DNA of 64,000 nt from an uncultured Planctomycetales bacterium (GTDB lineage Bacteria; Planctomycetota; Phycisphaerae; UBA1845; PWPN01): NCBI GenBank assembly GCA_964401335.1, contig CAYNYK010000005.1, positions 8,362-72,361 of the forward strand, in the 5' to 3' direction. Position numbers and translations under genes: made by a program. The notes under the pieces are model-generated. The model made no database searches. It was not told where the DNA came from and saw only the letters and a list, made by a program, of their open reading frames with translations. Shown in pieces: positions 9,555 through 18,208 of this stretch; position 1 is the first letter of the stretch; every line of letters begins with the position of its first letter.

Positions 9555-11522
9555 ATGAAGGTTGTGGATATTTTCGCGAATGGCGGGTTGATTGCCCGTC
9601 GGCTGGAGCGTTACGAAGCGCGGCCTCAACAGTTGGAGATGGCCGCCGCCGTCGAACAGGCGTTCGGCCAATCGCGGCACCTGCTGGTCGAGGCGGGCAC
9701 GGGGGTGGGCAAGAGCTTTGCCTACCTCGTACCGGCTATTCAACGGGCTGTCCACGCCAAAGAGCGCGTGCTTATCAGTACGCATACCATCGCATTGCAG
9801 GAGCAATTGATCGATCGGGACATTCCTTTCCTGGCGGCGGTATGGCCGGACGAATTTTCGGCCGTCCTTATCAAGGGCCGACACAATTACCTTTGCATCC
9901 GCCGTCTGCGCCAGGTAAGTGAACGGCAAAAGACGCTCTTTGCCGAGCAGGAGCAGTACGATGATCTGTGGCGGATCGAGGACTGGGCGTACAAAACCAC
10001 CGAGGGGTCGCTGAGCGAGCTTTCGCCGGCGCCGGACCCGGCGGTATGGGAAACAGTCCGCAGCGAGCATGGCAACTGCCTGGGGCGCAAATGCGCGTCC
10101 TATGAAAAATGCTTTTATCAGCGGGCCCACCGGCGGGCCCAGAACGCGCAGATCCTGGTGGTCAATCATGCCCTGTTGTTGTCGGACCTGGCCTTGCGAC
10201 GGGAGGGAAGCGCCCTGCTGCCGGATTATGAGCTGGTGGTGATCGACGAGGCCCACAGTTTCGAGAACGTGGCGGCGGAGCATTTTGGCCGACGGGTTTC
10301 CGAAGGGCAGGTGCGATATCTGCTGAACGGCTTGTATAACGACCGCACCGGCCGGGGTTTACTGATCGGTTATGAGGACCTCAAGGCAATCAAGGCGGTC
10401 GGTGCGGCCCGCAACATCTCCAAGAACTTCTGGAAACGGCTGCTCGAATGGCATCGGCAGCACGGGCGGCCGAACGGACGGATTACCGAGCGGGTACCCG
10501 TGCCGAATCCGTTAAGCGAAGCCCTGAGCACGTTGAAGGCAACCTTGCGGGCGATGCGGAAGAAGCTTAAGACGGAGGAGGAAGTATACGAGGTTACCAG
10601 TTATGCGGAACGGGCGGGCGCGCTGGGCGACGAGCTACGCAAGTTGTTGGAGCAGGAGCGGGCCGACGCGGTACACTGGCTGGAGGTTGATAACGGTCCA
10701 CGCGGGCAGATTGCTTTGTGCGAAGCGCCGATTACGGTAGGTGATGAATTACGGACCGCACTATTCGACGAAGTGCGCAGCGTGGTGTTGACCAGCGCGA
10801 CGTTATCGGTAGGGGGGAGAGACGGGTTTGCTTACATCCGGGCGCGATTGGGGCTGGAGGAGGCGGATGAACTGCAGTTAGGCTCGCCATTTGACTATGC
10901 CCGGCAGGCGGAATTGCACATCGAGGCCGGTATGCCGGATCCCAGCGACAGCGGGGCGTTTGTGGCGGCGGCGACGGAAGCGATTGAACGGCATGTCATG
11001 GAAACCGCCGGGCGGGCGTTCGTGCTGTTTACCAGTTACGAGATGATGCGGCAGGTGGCCGAGCGGCTGCGCGAACGACTGGAGCAGGCGGACTTGGGTT
11101 TGATGGTCCAAGGCGAGGGCGTGCCGCGGACACTGATGCTTGAGCGATTCCGCGGGACGGCGACGCTGGGGGAGAACCGATATCGCGGCTGGGTACTGTT
11201 CGGTACGGACAGTTTCTGGCAGGGAGTGGATGTTCCCGGAGAAGCGCTCAGCAACGTGATCATCGTCAAGTTGCCCTTCGCGGTGCCGGATCGTCCGTTG
11301 ATCGAGGCCCGGGTGGAGCATATCCGCTCGGCGGGCGGCAATCCGTTCATGGATTACCAGGTACCCGAGGCAATCCTGAAATTCAAGCAGGGTTTCGGGC
11401 GCTTGATCCGGACGGCCACCGACCGGGGGCGCGTAGTCGTGCTCGACCCGCGGATCAAGACCAAACGCTACGGGAGGATGTTTCTCGACGCGGTTCCCCG
11501 CTGCCGGGTAGTGACCCATTGA
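9555..11522 (+). CDS. dinG: ATP-dependent DNA helicase, DinG/XPD (Rad3) family
   Basis: Walker [14 protein letters not shown] box (VIDEAHSF). Fe-S Cys cluster C..(N)..[13 protein letters not shown]-terminal motif FWQGVD..G. RBS gggagg before the ATG at 9555. Confidence 0.9.
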   Translation: MKVVDIFANGGLIARRLERYEARPQQLEMAAAVEQAFGQSRHLLVEAGTGVGKSFAYLVPAIQRAVHAKERVLISTHTIALQEQLIDRDIPFLAAVWPDEFSAVLIKGRHNYLCIRRLRQVSERQKTLFAEQEQYDDLWRIEDWAYKTTEGSLSELSPAPDPAVWETVRSEHGNCLGRKCASYEKCFYQRAHRRAQNAQILVVNHALLLSDLALRREGSALLPDYELVVIDEAHSFENVAAEHFGRRVSEGQVRYLLNGLYNDRTGRGLLIGYEDLKAIKAVGAARNISKNFWKRLLEWHRQHGRPNGRITERVPVPNPLSEALSTLKATLRAMRKKLKTEEEVYEVTSYAERAGALGDELRKLLEQERADAVHWLEVDNGPRGQIALCEAPITVGDELRTALFDEVRSVVLTSATLSVGGRDGFAYIRARLGLEEADELQLGSPFDYARQAELHIEAGMPDPSDSGAFVAAATEAIERHVMETAGRAFVLFTSYEMMRQVAERLRERLEQADLGLMVQGEGVPRTLMLERFRGTATLGENRYRGWVLFGTDSFWQGVDVPGEALSNVIIVKLPFAVPDRPLIEARVEHIRSAGGNPFMDYQVPEAILKFKQGFGRLIRTATDRGRVVVLDPRIKTKRYGRMFLDAVPRCRVVTH

Positions 11523-11601
11523 TGAAAATGCACCACATAGAGAAAGACGTGAATCAATGGAGTCTATCGTGGACGCGGGTTTCCCTGCGAGTATGGCGGG
11601 A

Positions 11602-12366
11602 TCAGGGACTAGTGTAAATCAACCCCTTACGGCTGCGACTGTGGGTTATCAGGCCGGTATCTCCCGAATGCAACAGCCAGTATTTGCGACGCAGAGGGAA
11701 ATACGCCAATTCAATCTGATCGTTGCTATTCGGTATCCGGTCGAACTTGGGCGACTTCGGATCGGGGCCGACGCTCCAGACCGCGTAGGCAACCGGGCTT
11801 TTCTCCCGATCATTGTAGAAATCCTGATAATCCGCGCGCGGGGCCTTGTGGCAGTTGGGATAATCGTCGGGCACGAAAAGATAGGAACCTTTCTTCGAGT
11901 AACTGCTCCCTTCGTTAAGAAAGAGACCACCGGGCGCACGATATTTATACGTCGAGTCCGGATCAAAAACATCCGGCATGTCCGCCTGGGGAGCAATTCC
12001 CTGCTTTTTTGGAAGCCAGCGATTCTTAACCAGTTCGACAGGCAACTGATGGCAAACCCAGGTGTTGCAACTTTCGCGCGTGGGGGGGAACTCATCCTTG
12101 TTTATCAAGGCATAACCGTCCAGGGCGATGGTGATCTGGCGGAGGTCGTGATGAGCTTTAACCACCCGGGCCTGCATCCGGGCTCTATGCAACGAAGGGA
12201 GTAGCAGGGATAGAAGCAAAGCGACGATGGCCACCACCACCAGCACCTCGATCATGGTGAAGCCGGCCAAGAACTTGGAGGCGCATCCATTATGGCACGA
12301 CGGCCGACAGGAATGTCGACCGTCGCGCCGCAGGAATCCACCTTCGATTGAGCCGCGCATTTTCAT
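11602..12366 (-). CDS. Prepilin-type N-terminal cleavage/methylation domain protein (pseudopilin-like)
   Basis: LAG|FTMIEVLVVVAIVALLLSLLLP class III signal. Its start lies 5 nt downstream of the stop of the upstream dockerin-protein gene on the minus strand, so the two are probably an operon. Confidence 0.75.
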   Translation of the reverse strand: MKMRGSIEGGFLRRDGRHSCRPSCHNGCASKFLAGFTMIEVLVVVAIVALLLSLLLPSLHRARMQARVVKAHHDLRQITIALDGYALINKDEFPPTRESCNTWVCHQLPVELVKNRWLPKKQGIAPQADMPDVFDPDSTYKYRAPGGLFLNEGSSYSKKGSYLFVPDDYPNCHKAPRADYQDFYNDREKSPVAYAVWSVGPDPKSPKFDRIPNSNDQIELAYFPLRRKYWLLHSGDTGLITHSRSRKGLIYTSP

Positions 12367-12371
12367 GGTAC

Positions 12372-13775
12372 TTAATGAAACAAGTATGCCTTTGTTGTGG
12401 ATAAGTCCAGAGTATTGATAATGCCATCAACAAAGACGTCACAGTTGAAATTTGTCGATGTCAACGGTTGAAATAGCTGAGATTTAACGACGGACAAGTC
12501 AAGAGTATTGACATGATCGTCAGCGTTAACGTTACCGGTATGAACCTGGATCGTCAGGTCATCGTCGCCGCTTAGCGGGTTATCGACCAGGTCGGTAATT
12601 CCGTTGAGCGTAATAGTCAACAACGAAGGAGAGGGTACCCCTGAAATAGCGAGGCGCATCTCCGCCCCGTCGACTTCGGCCGCGAGCAGCGTGCCGCTCG
12701 ACAAGCTTATTTCCGATCCATCGAGATGGCCGTCGGCGGGCTGCACGGCTTTACTGAACGTGAGGACGACCTCGGTTGGTCCACCCACGCGACACTCGAT
12801 CGCCGGTGTACCGCTTAAGGGCAAATCCAGATCAAATACGCCCGCCGACCCGTGAGTTTTACGGGATACCGCGCTGAGCAGCATCAGCTCGGAATTATAC
12901 TCCACGATATCCGCCATCCGCAGCACCCATAGCCGATAACCACTCGTGTAGTCCGAAGATTCCTGATCGAAGATGCCCAGGACATCAAAGCTGCCGGCCG
13001 GCGGTGCATAGTCATTGAAATCACCCATAACAGACAAGAGCATGGAGAGGTTGGCCGTCCCGTCGCTGATGGTCAAGGTCTGGCCGGCACCCCAGGTACC
13101 GCCGACAATCTGCGCTTTGTTGATGCGAACCCAAGTAGCTTGGTAATACTCCGCGCCGGTCAATCGCGTCGAGTCAAATACGACAGCTTGGGCCAAGCTG
13201 GGAATCACCGCCGGCGCGGGACGCCCCACGCCGGCCTCAAGAAGAATCACATCGAAGTTGTTGGCCGGATCATTGCTATGCGCCTCGTTGATATTGGTTT
13301 TGCCTTTATTGAAGAGACCCGGCACGCGGGCCCGGACCTCGACCAAATCGCCTTTGCGGAAATGATGCCCCGTCGCTGGATCATAATTCACCCGGAGCAT
13401 CTCGGCTTCCCATTGTTCGTCGGTATAGCGTAGGGGTAGCGGAGCGATGGGGGGGGCCTGTCCCATCCAACAGGCGGTCCCGCCCCAATCGCCCGATTCA
13501 ACGGCCTGGATATAAATCTGCCACTGTCCTTTTACGACACCGGGGGCCCCCGCCGACATGTTGAGCATATCTTCCGGATTATTCAGGATGATACCTTTCA
13601 TACGGATAGGCGGAGAGGGTAAAAATGTGCCGAATCCGGTGGCATCGACAGCCTGATAGGCGGAGTGGGCGGTATAGGGCAGGGTTTCCCAGTCGGGATC
13701 GTCGGCAAAAGCTAAAGAACCCGACAAAATAACCCCCCAAACCACGACCGTAATTAACCAAGGATTTCGCTGCAT
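12372..13775 (-). CDS. Secreted protein with C-terminal dockerin-type repeats
   Basis: Signal peptide (..SLAFADD). The C-terminus carries two Ca-binding-loop-like repeats, NADDHVNTLDLSVVKSQL and DVFVDGIINTLDLSTTKAYL. RBS ggggag. Confidence 0.7.
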   Translation of the reverse strand: MQRNPWLITVVVWGVILSGSLAFADDPDWETLPYTAHSAYQAVDATGFGTFLPSPPIRMKGIILNNPEDMLNMSAGAPGVVKGQWQIYIQAVESGDWGGTACWMGQAPPIAPLPLRYTDEQWEAEMLRVNYDPATGHHFRKGDLVEVRARVPGLFNKGKTNINEAHSNDPANNFDVILLEAGVGRPAPAVIPSLAQAVVFDSTRLTGAEYYQATWVRINKAQIVGGTWGAGQTLTISDGTANLSMLLSVMGDFNDYAPPAGSFDVLGIFDQESSDYTSGYRLWVLRMADIVEYNSELMLLSAVSRKTHGSAGVFDLDLPLSGTPAIECRVGGPTEVVLTFSKAVQPADGHLDGSEISLSSGTLLAAEVDGAEMRLAISGVPSPSLLTITLNGITDLVDNPLSGDDDLTIQVHTGNVNADDHVNTLDLSVVKSQLFQPLTSTNFNCDVFVDGIINTLDLSTTKAYLFH

Positions 13776-13817
13776 GATTCATTCTCCCCAAAAAAACCAA
13801 AAACCTCATTCGATGAC

Positions 13818-13846
13818 ATTATTACGATTTTGATAATCGTAATAAT
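13818..13846. promoter_or_regulatory. 29-bp near-perfect AT-rich palindrome, candidate NikR-type operator
   Basis: attattacgattttgataatcgtaataat has 13 of 14 symmetric pairs. Outer hexamers are ATTATT-N17-AATAAT. It lies 43-71 nt upstream of the start of 12372..13775 and 79 nt downstream of the nikR stop. Confidence 0.45.
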
Positions 13847-13924
13847 TTCATAGCATAACTAGTTTTCGGGGAGGTTCAAGAGGAAAAGGGGATAAAAACA
13901 AAAAATTTTTAGATTGGCGAGGGT

Positions 13925-14341
13925 CTATGTTAGGTCGGTCCCGGTGCTGGCCATGGCTAATTCGGCGTGCAGGACGCCTTTTTGCTGCCGCAAGCGGTCG
14001 GCCAGGTGCTCGATTTCCCGGGCCTTGGCCTTGAGCAGGACGACCTCCGCGCAAAGGTGCTTATCCAGATGCACATGGGTGGTGGCCAGCACGGCGCCAT
14101 GATGATGGTGCTGGAGGTCGATCAGTTTCTCGCTGAGATTGCGGGCGTGGTGGTCGTAGACCAGGGTGACGGTGCCGACGACGGTTTCGTTGGCCTCCCA
14201 CTGGCGTTTGACCAGGTGAGCGCGGATCAGGTCGCGGACGAATTCGGAGCGGTTTGTATAACCGCTAGCCTGGACCATTTTTTCGAGACGATCGTAAAGC
14301 GGTTTCTCGATGGACAAACTGAGGCGAACGAGTTGCGGCAT
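13925..14341 (-). CDS. nikR: Nickel-responsive transcriptional regulator NikR (RHH + ACT-like Ni-binding domain)
   Basis: N-terminal RHH (RLSLSIEKPLYDRLE) and high-affinity site pattern QHHHHGAVLATTHVHLDKHLC, compared with E. coli [21 protein letters not shown]. Start set at MPQLVRL. Confidence 0.9.
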   Translation of the reverse strand: MPQLVRLSLSIEKPLYDRLEKMVQASGYTNRSEFVRDLIRAHLVKRQWEANETVVGTVTLVYDHHARNLSEKLIDLQHHHHGAVLATTHVHLDKHLCAEVVLLKAKAREIEHLADRLRQQKGVLHAELAMASTGTDLT

Positions 14342-14518
14342 GGGTGAAGTCCTCAAAAAAGTCAGCATCAAACGGGTACGTGGCAACATCAAACTATAGG
14401 GTATGTATGATAAGGCAAAAGATGTGGTTACCCAAGGGCTGAAAGGTCAGAGCTCTGCTTCGAGCATCACACGATCATGTCCTGTAGTCCGAAGGGCGGA
14501 TTTGTTTATAATGCCGGC

Positions 14519-15325
14519 ATGGACGAAATTTACCAATTGCCCATACCTGATTGGGGGCTGCGTTGCCCGCATTGTCGCACCCTTCTGGCCGGTATGCATG
14601 GCTATTTCTGTGACAATTGTCGAAAGGGATTCGACATCTTGCATCTTTTAGCCGAGCACAAACCCATTGCTCCTGTCGGATTGACCTGCCCTTTCTGCGA
14701 ATATTCGCTGACCGGTTTAACGCTTAATCGCTGCCCGGAATGCGGCCATCCGTTTTCCGTGCGTGTAATGCTTGAAAAGAGAGTGCGGTGGGCGAGGGAT
14801 CCGTCCGGGGGAATTGTCGAGTACGACCACCATCTGAAAAAACGCGAACCCTCGTTCACCGGCCGCGAGCGGCCGTTACCGGATTTCGGATTGATCTGTA
14901 CTTCCTGCGGAGCGCCGCTGGCCGGCGCGGAAGACGACCGTTGTCCGGCATGTAATCAACCCTTTGATATCCACAATATTGGACAACAGGACGACTGGGT
15001 GGACATCAGCCCCTACGTGTCGCCGAGAATGGTACCAGTGGTTCGTACGGTCCTTTACGATGCTAAGGTTCCTTACGTTGTCGACGACGCGAGTTTGCAC
15101 CGATTGTATGGAGGTCTTGTATCCATAGGTTCCGCCGCCATCCGGGTGCCCCGCGAGTTTATTCTCGACGCGCTTTATGCGCTTAGTTTTGCTGCCAAAC
15201 CACCCTCCCTTTATGTCGATCAGGCCTGGTCTTGTCCGAATTGCGGCCAGCAGGTTCCCGCGGGCTTTGAAATCTGCTGGAACTGCAACGCGGCCTGTCC
15301 GGATTTGGGGGATGCGGAGACATGA
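14519..15325 (+). CDS. Triple zinc-ribbon protein with DUF2007-like C-terminal domain and terminal rubredoxin-like knuckle
   Basis: Three repeats of CPxC-x10-12-CxxC-x3-F: CPHC..CDNC, CPFC..CPEC, CTSC..CPAC. The protein ends WSCPNCG..FEICWNCN. Confidence 0.6.
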   Translation: MDEIYQLPIPDWGLRCPHCRTLLAGMHGYFCDNCRKGFDILHLLAEHKPIAPVGLTCPFCEYSLTGLTLNRCPECGHPFSVRVMLEKRVRWARDPSGGIVEYDHHLKKREPSFTGRERPLPDFGLICTSCGAPLAGAEDDRCPACNQPFDIHNIGQQDDWVDISPYVSPRMVPVVRTVLYDAKVPYVVDDASLHRLYGGLVSIGSAAIRVPREFILDALYALSFAAKPPSLYVDQAWSCPNCGQQVPAGFEICWNCNAACPDLGDAET

Positions 15326-16203
15326 ATACGCCGACCGATTCGTTGCCTGAACGCCCACAGCGACGCGCACTACGCAAACGCCTCTGGTTTCGTTTACTGG
15401 TGTACGCGGCCGGGTTCTATGTTGCCTGGTGTACGGTCTTGTATTTCTATCAGGACCGGCTGGTTTTTCCGGCCGACGCCGCGCCTGCACCGCTGTCCAA
15501 GCCTTTCAGCAATGACGCGGTGGTTACAACCTTGCCTCTCCCCGATGGCGGACAGGTGGAATCCTGGTTCTTCCCCGCCGCCTCGGCCGGCATGGATAGT
15601 CCCCGCCCGCTGGTCATCTTCTTTCACGGCAACGCCGAATTGATCGATCAGCAGGAGGACATCGTAAGCTTGTTTCGTTCCTTCGGTTGCTCGGTCCTAC
15701 TGCCGGAATATCGCGGCTACGGCCGGGCCGACGGCGTGCCTTCGCAAGCGGGTATCGTCGAAGATTGCGTGCGCTTCTATGACGAGATCGTTAAACGCGA
15801 GGACGTGGATGCAAGGCGGATCGTGTTTTACGGCCGCTCGCTCGGCGGCGGGGTGGCCGCCCAGGTTGCCGCTTGCCGAAAGCCCGCGGCCATGATTCTC
15901 GAATGTACTTTCGCGAGCGCGGCGTCCATGGCTCGCGGTTACTGGGCCCCCGAATTCCTGGCCAAACATCCGTTCCGCACCGATCGCGTATTGCCGAGCT
16001 TGGATATTCCCATCCTGATTTTTCACGGCCGACACGATACGATCATCCCCGTCGAGCATGGCCGAAGACTGCACAAGTTGACGCCGCGCAGTGTCTATGT
16101 GGAATACGATTGCGGACACAACGACTTTCCGGGATCAGCCAATCCTGATGATTATTATGATCGGTTAAGAGCTTTTCTTGTCGATTCGGGGATTTTGGAG
16201 TGA
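15322..16203 (+). CDS. Alpha/beta hydrolase (serine aminopeptidase S33/BAAT-like), N-terminal TM anchor
   Basis: HGNAE oxyanion region, nucleophile elbow GRSLGG, and C-terminal D..H (HGRHD, GHND). ATGA overlap with the upstream gene. Confidence 0.8.
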   Translation: MNTPTDSLPERPQRRALRKRLWFRLLVYAAGFYVAWCTVLYFYQDRLVFPADAAPAPLSKPFSNDAVVTTLPLPDGGQVESWFFPAASAGMDSPRPLVIFFHGNAELIDQQEDIVSLFRSFGCSVLLPEYRGYGRADGVPSQAGIVEDCVRFYDEIVKREDVDARRIVFYGRSLGGGVAAQVAACRKPAAMILECTFASAASMARGYWAPEFLAKHPFRTDRVLPSLDIPILIFHGRHDTIIPVEHGRRLHKLTPRSVYVEYDCGHNDFPGSANPDDYYDRLRAFLVDSGILE

Positions 16204-16274
16204 TGGCGGATGGGCTTGAGTCGATGTTCCGCGAAGATCTATGAGCTGGCCATGGTGTGGTTGGAGGATAAGGC

Positions 16275-17129
16275 ATGACCTCTGGTTCCGTTCCGTCCAT
16301 GACCGCCGAGGAGCTTGCTCAAGGATGGCATCCCCTGCGCGTGGGTCGGCGGATCGAAGTCTATGCGGAGGTGTCCAGCACCAATACGGTTGCCTTGGAG
16401 GCGGCGGATAAAAGCGACGTCGACGGATTGGTCGTGCTGGCCGACTATCAGACCAGTGGCCGTGGACGTTTGGGGCGATCGTGGCAGTCTCCGCGGCGGG
16501 CCAGTGTCTTGTGCAGCGTGTTGCTCTTAATGGATGACCCATCGCTCCGCACCTCGGGCGGTAAACAAGACCGTGTGGCTTCAGCGGATGATCCCGGGAT
16601 CGGCGGCAGATTGACCCTGTTGGCGGCTGTCAGTGTTTGTGCTGCCGTGCGCCAGGCCACGGAAATCACCCCGAGCATCAAGTGGCCTAACGACGTGCTT
16701 ATCAATGGCCGTAAAGTGGGCGGTATTCTTATCGAATCGCGGGCCCTGAACAATTGCTTGCGGGCCTGGGTGATCGGGATCGGCCTCAATTGTCATCAGC
16801 AGGCGGGCCATTTTCCGCCGGAGTTGCGTGAGACGGCCACTTCGCTTGACCTGGCGGCCTCGCACCCTATCGATCAGACGGCCGTTGCCCGGGAGTTGCT
16901 CCGCGCGTTGGATGCACGGTTGGTTGATCCGGGAAAACCTTCCGACCGGGAACTGCATGATGAATGGAGTCGCTATGCCGAGCCCATCGGCCGGCGTGTA
17001 CGGCTCCGCTGCGACGGCCGGGAATACGCCGGCCAGACGTTGGCGGTCGAACCGCACGGTGGGTTGATCGTCCAATGTGACGGGGGTGTGCGCAAATGGT
17101 TCGATCCGTTGCGTACCACCCTGTTATAG
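16275..17129 (+). CDS. birA: Biotin--[acetyl-CoA-carboxylase] ligase
   Basis: QTSGRGRLGRSWQSP, KWPNDV...GRKVGGIL. No N-terminal HTH, so it is a group I BPL. Confidence 0.88.
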   Translation: MTSGSVPSMTAEELAQGWHPLRVGRRIEVYAEVSSTNTVALEAADKSDVDGLVVLADYQTSGRGRLGRSWQSPRRASVLCSVLLLMDDPSLRTSGGKQDRVASADDPGIGGRLTLLAAVSVCAAVRQATEITPSIKWPNDVLINGRKVGGILIESRALNNCLRAWVIGIGLNCHQQAGHFPPELRETATSLDLAASHPIDQTAVARELLRALDARLVDPGKPSDRELHDEWSRYAEPIGRRVRLRCDGREYAGQTLAVEPHGGLIVQCDGGVRKWFDPLRTTLL

Positions 17130-17195
17130 GCGTCGGCTCCGCCAGCTTTCCAGCGATGCGTTTTTTTCGATTCACGCCGATGCGTCATAAGGTGG

Positions 17196-17223
17196 CCCAT
17201 CCTTTGCGTCAGCAAAGGGTGGG
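17196..17223. terminator. Hairpin between convergent birA and the SWIM gene
   Basis: cccatcctttgc-gtca-gcaaagggtggg (12 bp, one mismatch). No T-run. Confidence 0.4.
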
Positions 17224-17299
17224 TCTCGTTGTCGTCAATGTAGCAATCCGTGATTCTCGAAACGCATCCGGAGAAATATATTGCTACGCGAATCCTATA

Positions 17300-18205
17300 C
17301 TACGTCTTTTGCTTCTTTTTTCGGACAGCGGTTTTTACTTTGGGGTGTTTTGCTATACCGGTTGTATCTGCTTTGGGTTGTCTTGTCGCGACCGGGCGTT
17401 TGCGTGGCGAAGTAGTTGCCGTTTTTGTCAGTTGACGACGCGGCTTGGTTTTTGCGGCCTCGACCTCCACCTCGGCCACCGGGACCGGTGCCAAATCGAT
17501 GTCGAAAACCTCAGCCAACTCGCCCTCATCCAGCGTCCTTCGGTCGGTTTTTCTGGCTTTAGACACGACACTCTTGGCGGCATCCTCCATAACCAGTTCC
17601 TGGTGATCGACTCCCCTCAGCAGAAACAGCAGTTCGGGTTTCTCGTCCAGCCGTGCCCCGATGCCATACATCGCCGCGGCGACATGTTTGCACATGACCG
17701 CCCAGTCCGGGCAGGAGCATTTCAGGCTGATTTCGCCGGGCAGGGGAAACAACCCCTGATTTTTATCCGTAACCACGTTCATGACATGGTCGGATAACCG
17801 CCCTTGGAGTAACTCAAGAAGCGAACCCACGCGACCGGTACAGGCATCCTTGAGCCGTTGCCACTTGTTCTTGGGCAAAGGCTTGATCGCTATCCGAATA
17901 TCATAGATATCCGACCCGCTGACCTTCGCCTCGATCATGCCTTTCTGGATATCCAAGTGACAGACCGAGCCGTTCCGTACATACGTACGGCCGCGCGGCA
18001 AACGGTTTGCGTAATCGCTGAATTTCTCGAGATGCTCGCACCAGGCCTGTCCCCAAAACGTATGGGCGATTCGGCGTCCTTCCACTTTGACCGGCTGAAT
18101 GTTCATGCCCTTCTTGCGCAGCTTCTCCATTTTCTTCTGCGCCTGAGCTCGCCGCTTCCATACCGGTACATAAGGCCGCCAGCCCCAACCCCATCTATGA
18201 TACAT
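17300..18205 (-). CDS. SWIM zinc-finger protein
   Basis: CSCPDWAVMCKHVAAAMY (CxC..CxH SWIM motif). Basic K/R/T-rich C-terminal tail. Follows the SNF2 gene with a 3-nt gap. Confidence 0.8.
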   Translation of the reverse strand: MYHRWGWGWRPYVPVWKRRAQAQKKMEKLRKKGMNIQPVKVEGRRIAHTFWGQAWCEHLEKFSDYANRLPRGRTYVRNGSVCHLDIQKGMIEAKVSGSDIYDIRIAIKPLPKNKWQRLKDACTGRVGSLLELLQGRLSDHVMNVVTDKNQGLFPLPGEISLKCSCPDWAVMCKHVAAAMYGIGARLDEKPELLFLLRGVDHQELVMEDAAKSVVSKARKTDRRTLDEGELAEVFDIDLAPVPVAEVEVEAAKTKPRRQLTKTATTSPRKRPVATRQPKADTTGIAKHPKVKTAVRKKKQKT

Positions 18206-18208
18206 GAG

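Noticed and set aside
14401-14432. E. coli-type NikR half-site GTATGA (14405-14410) in the nikR upstream region.
   Set aside because: There is no TCATAC partner at N16 or any nearby spacing, so a single hexamer is expected by chance.
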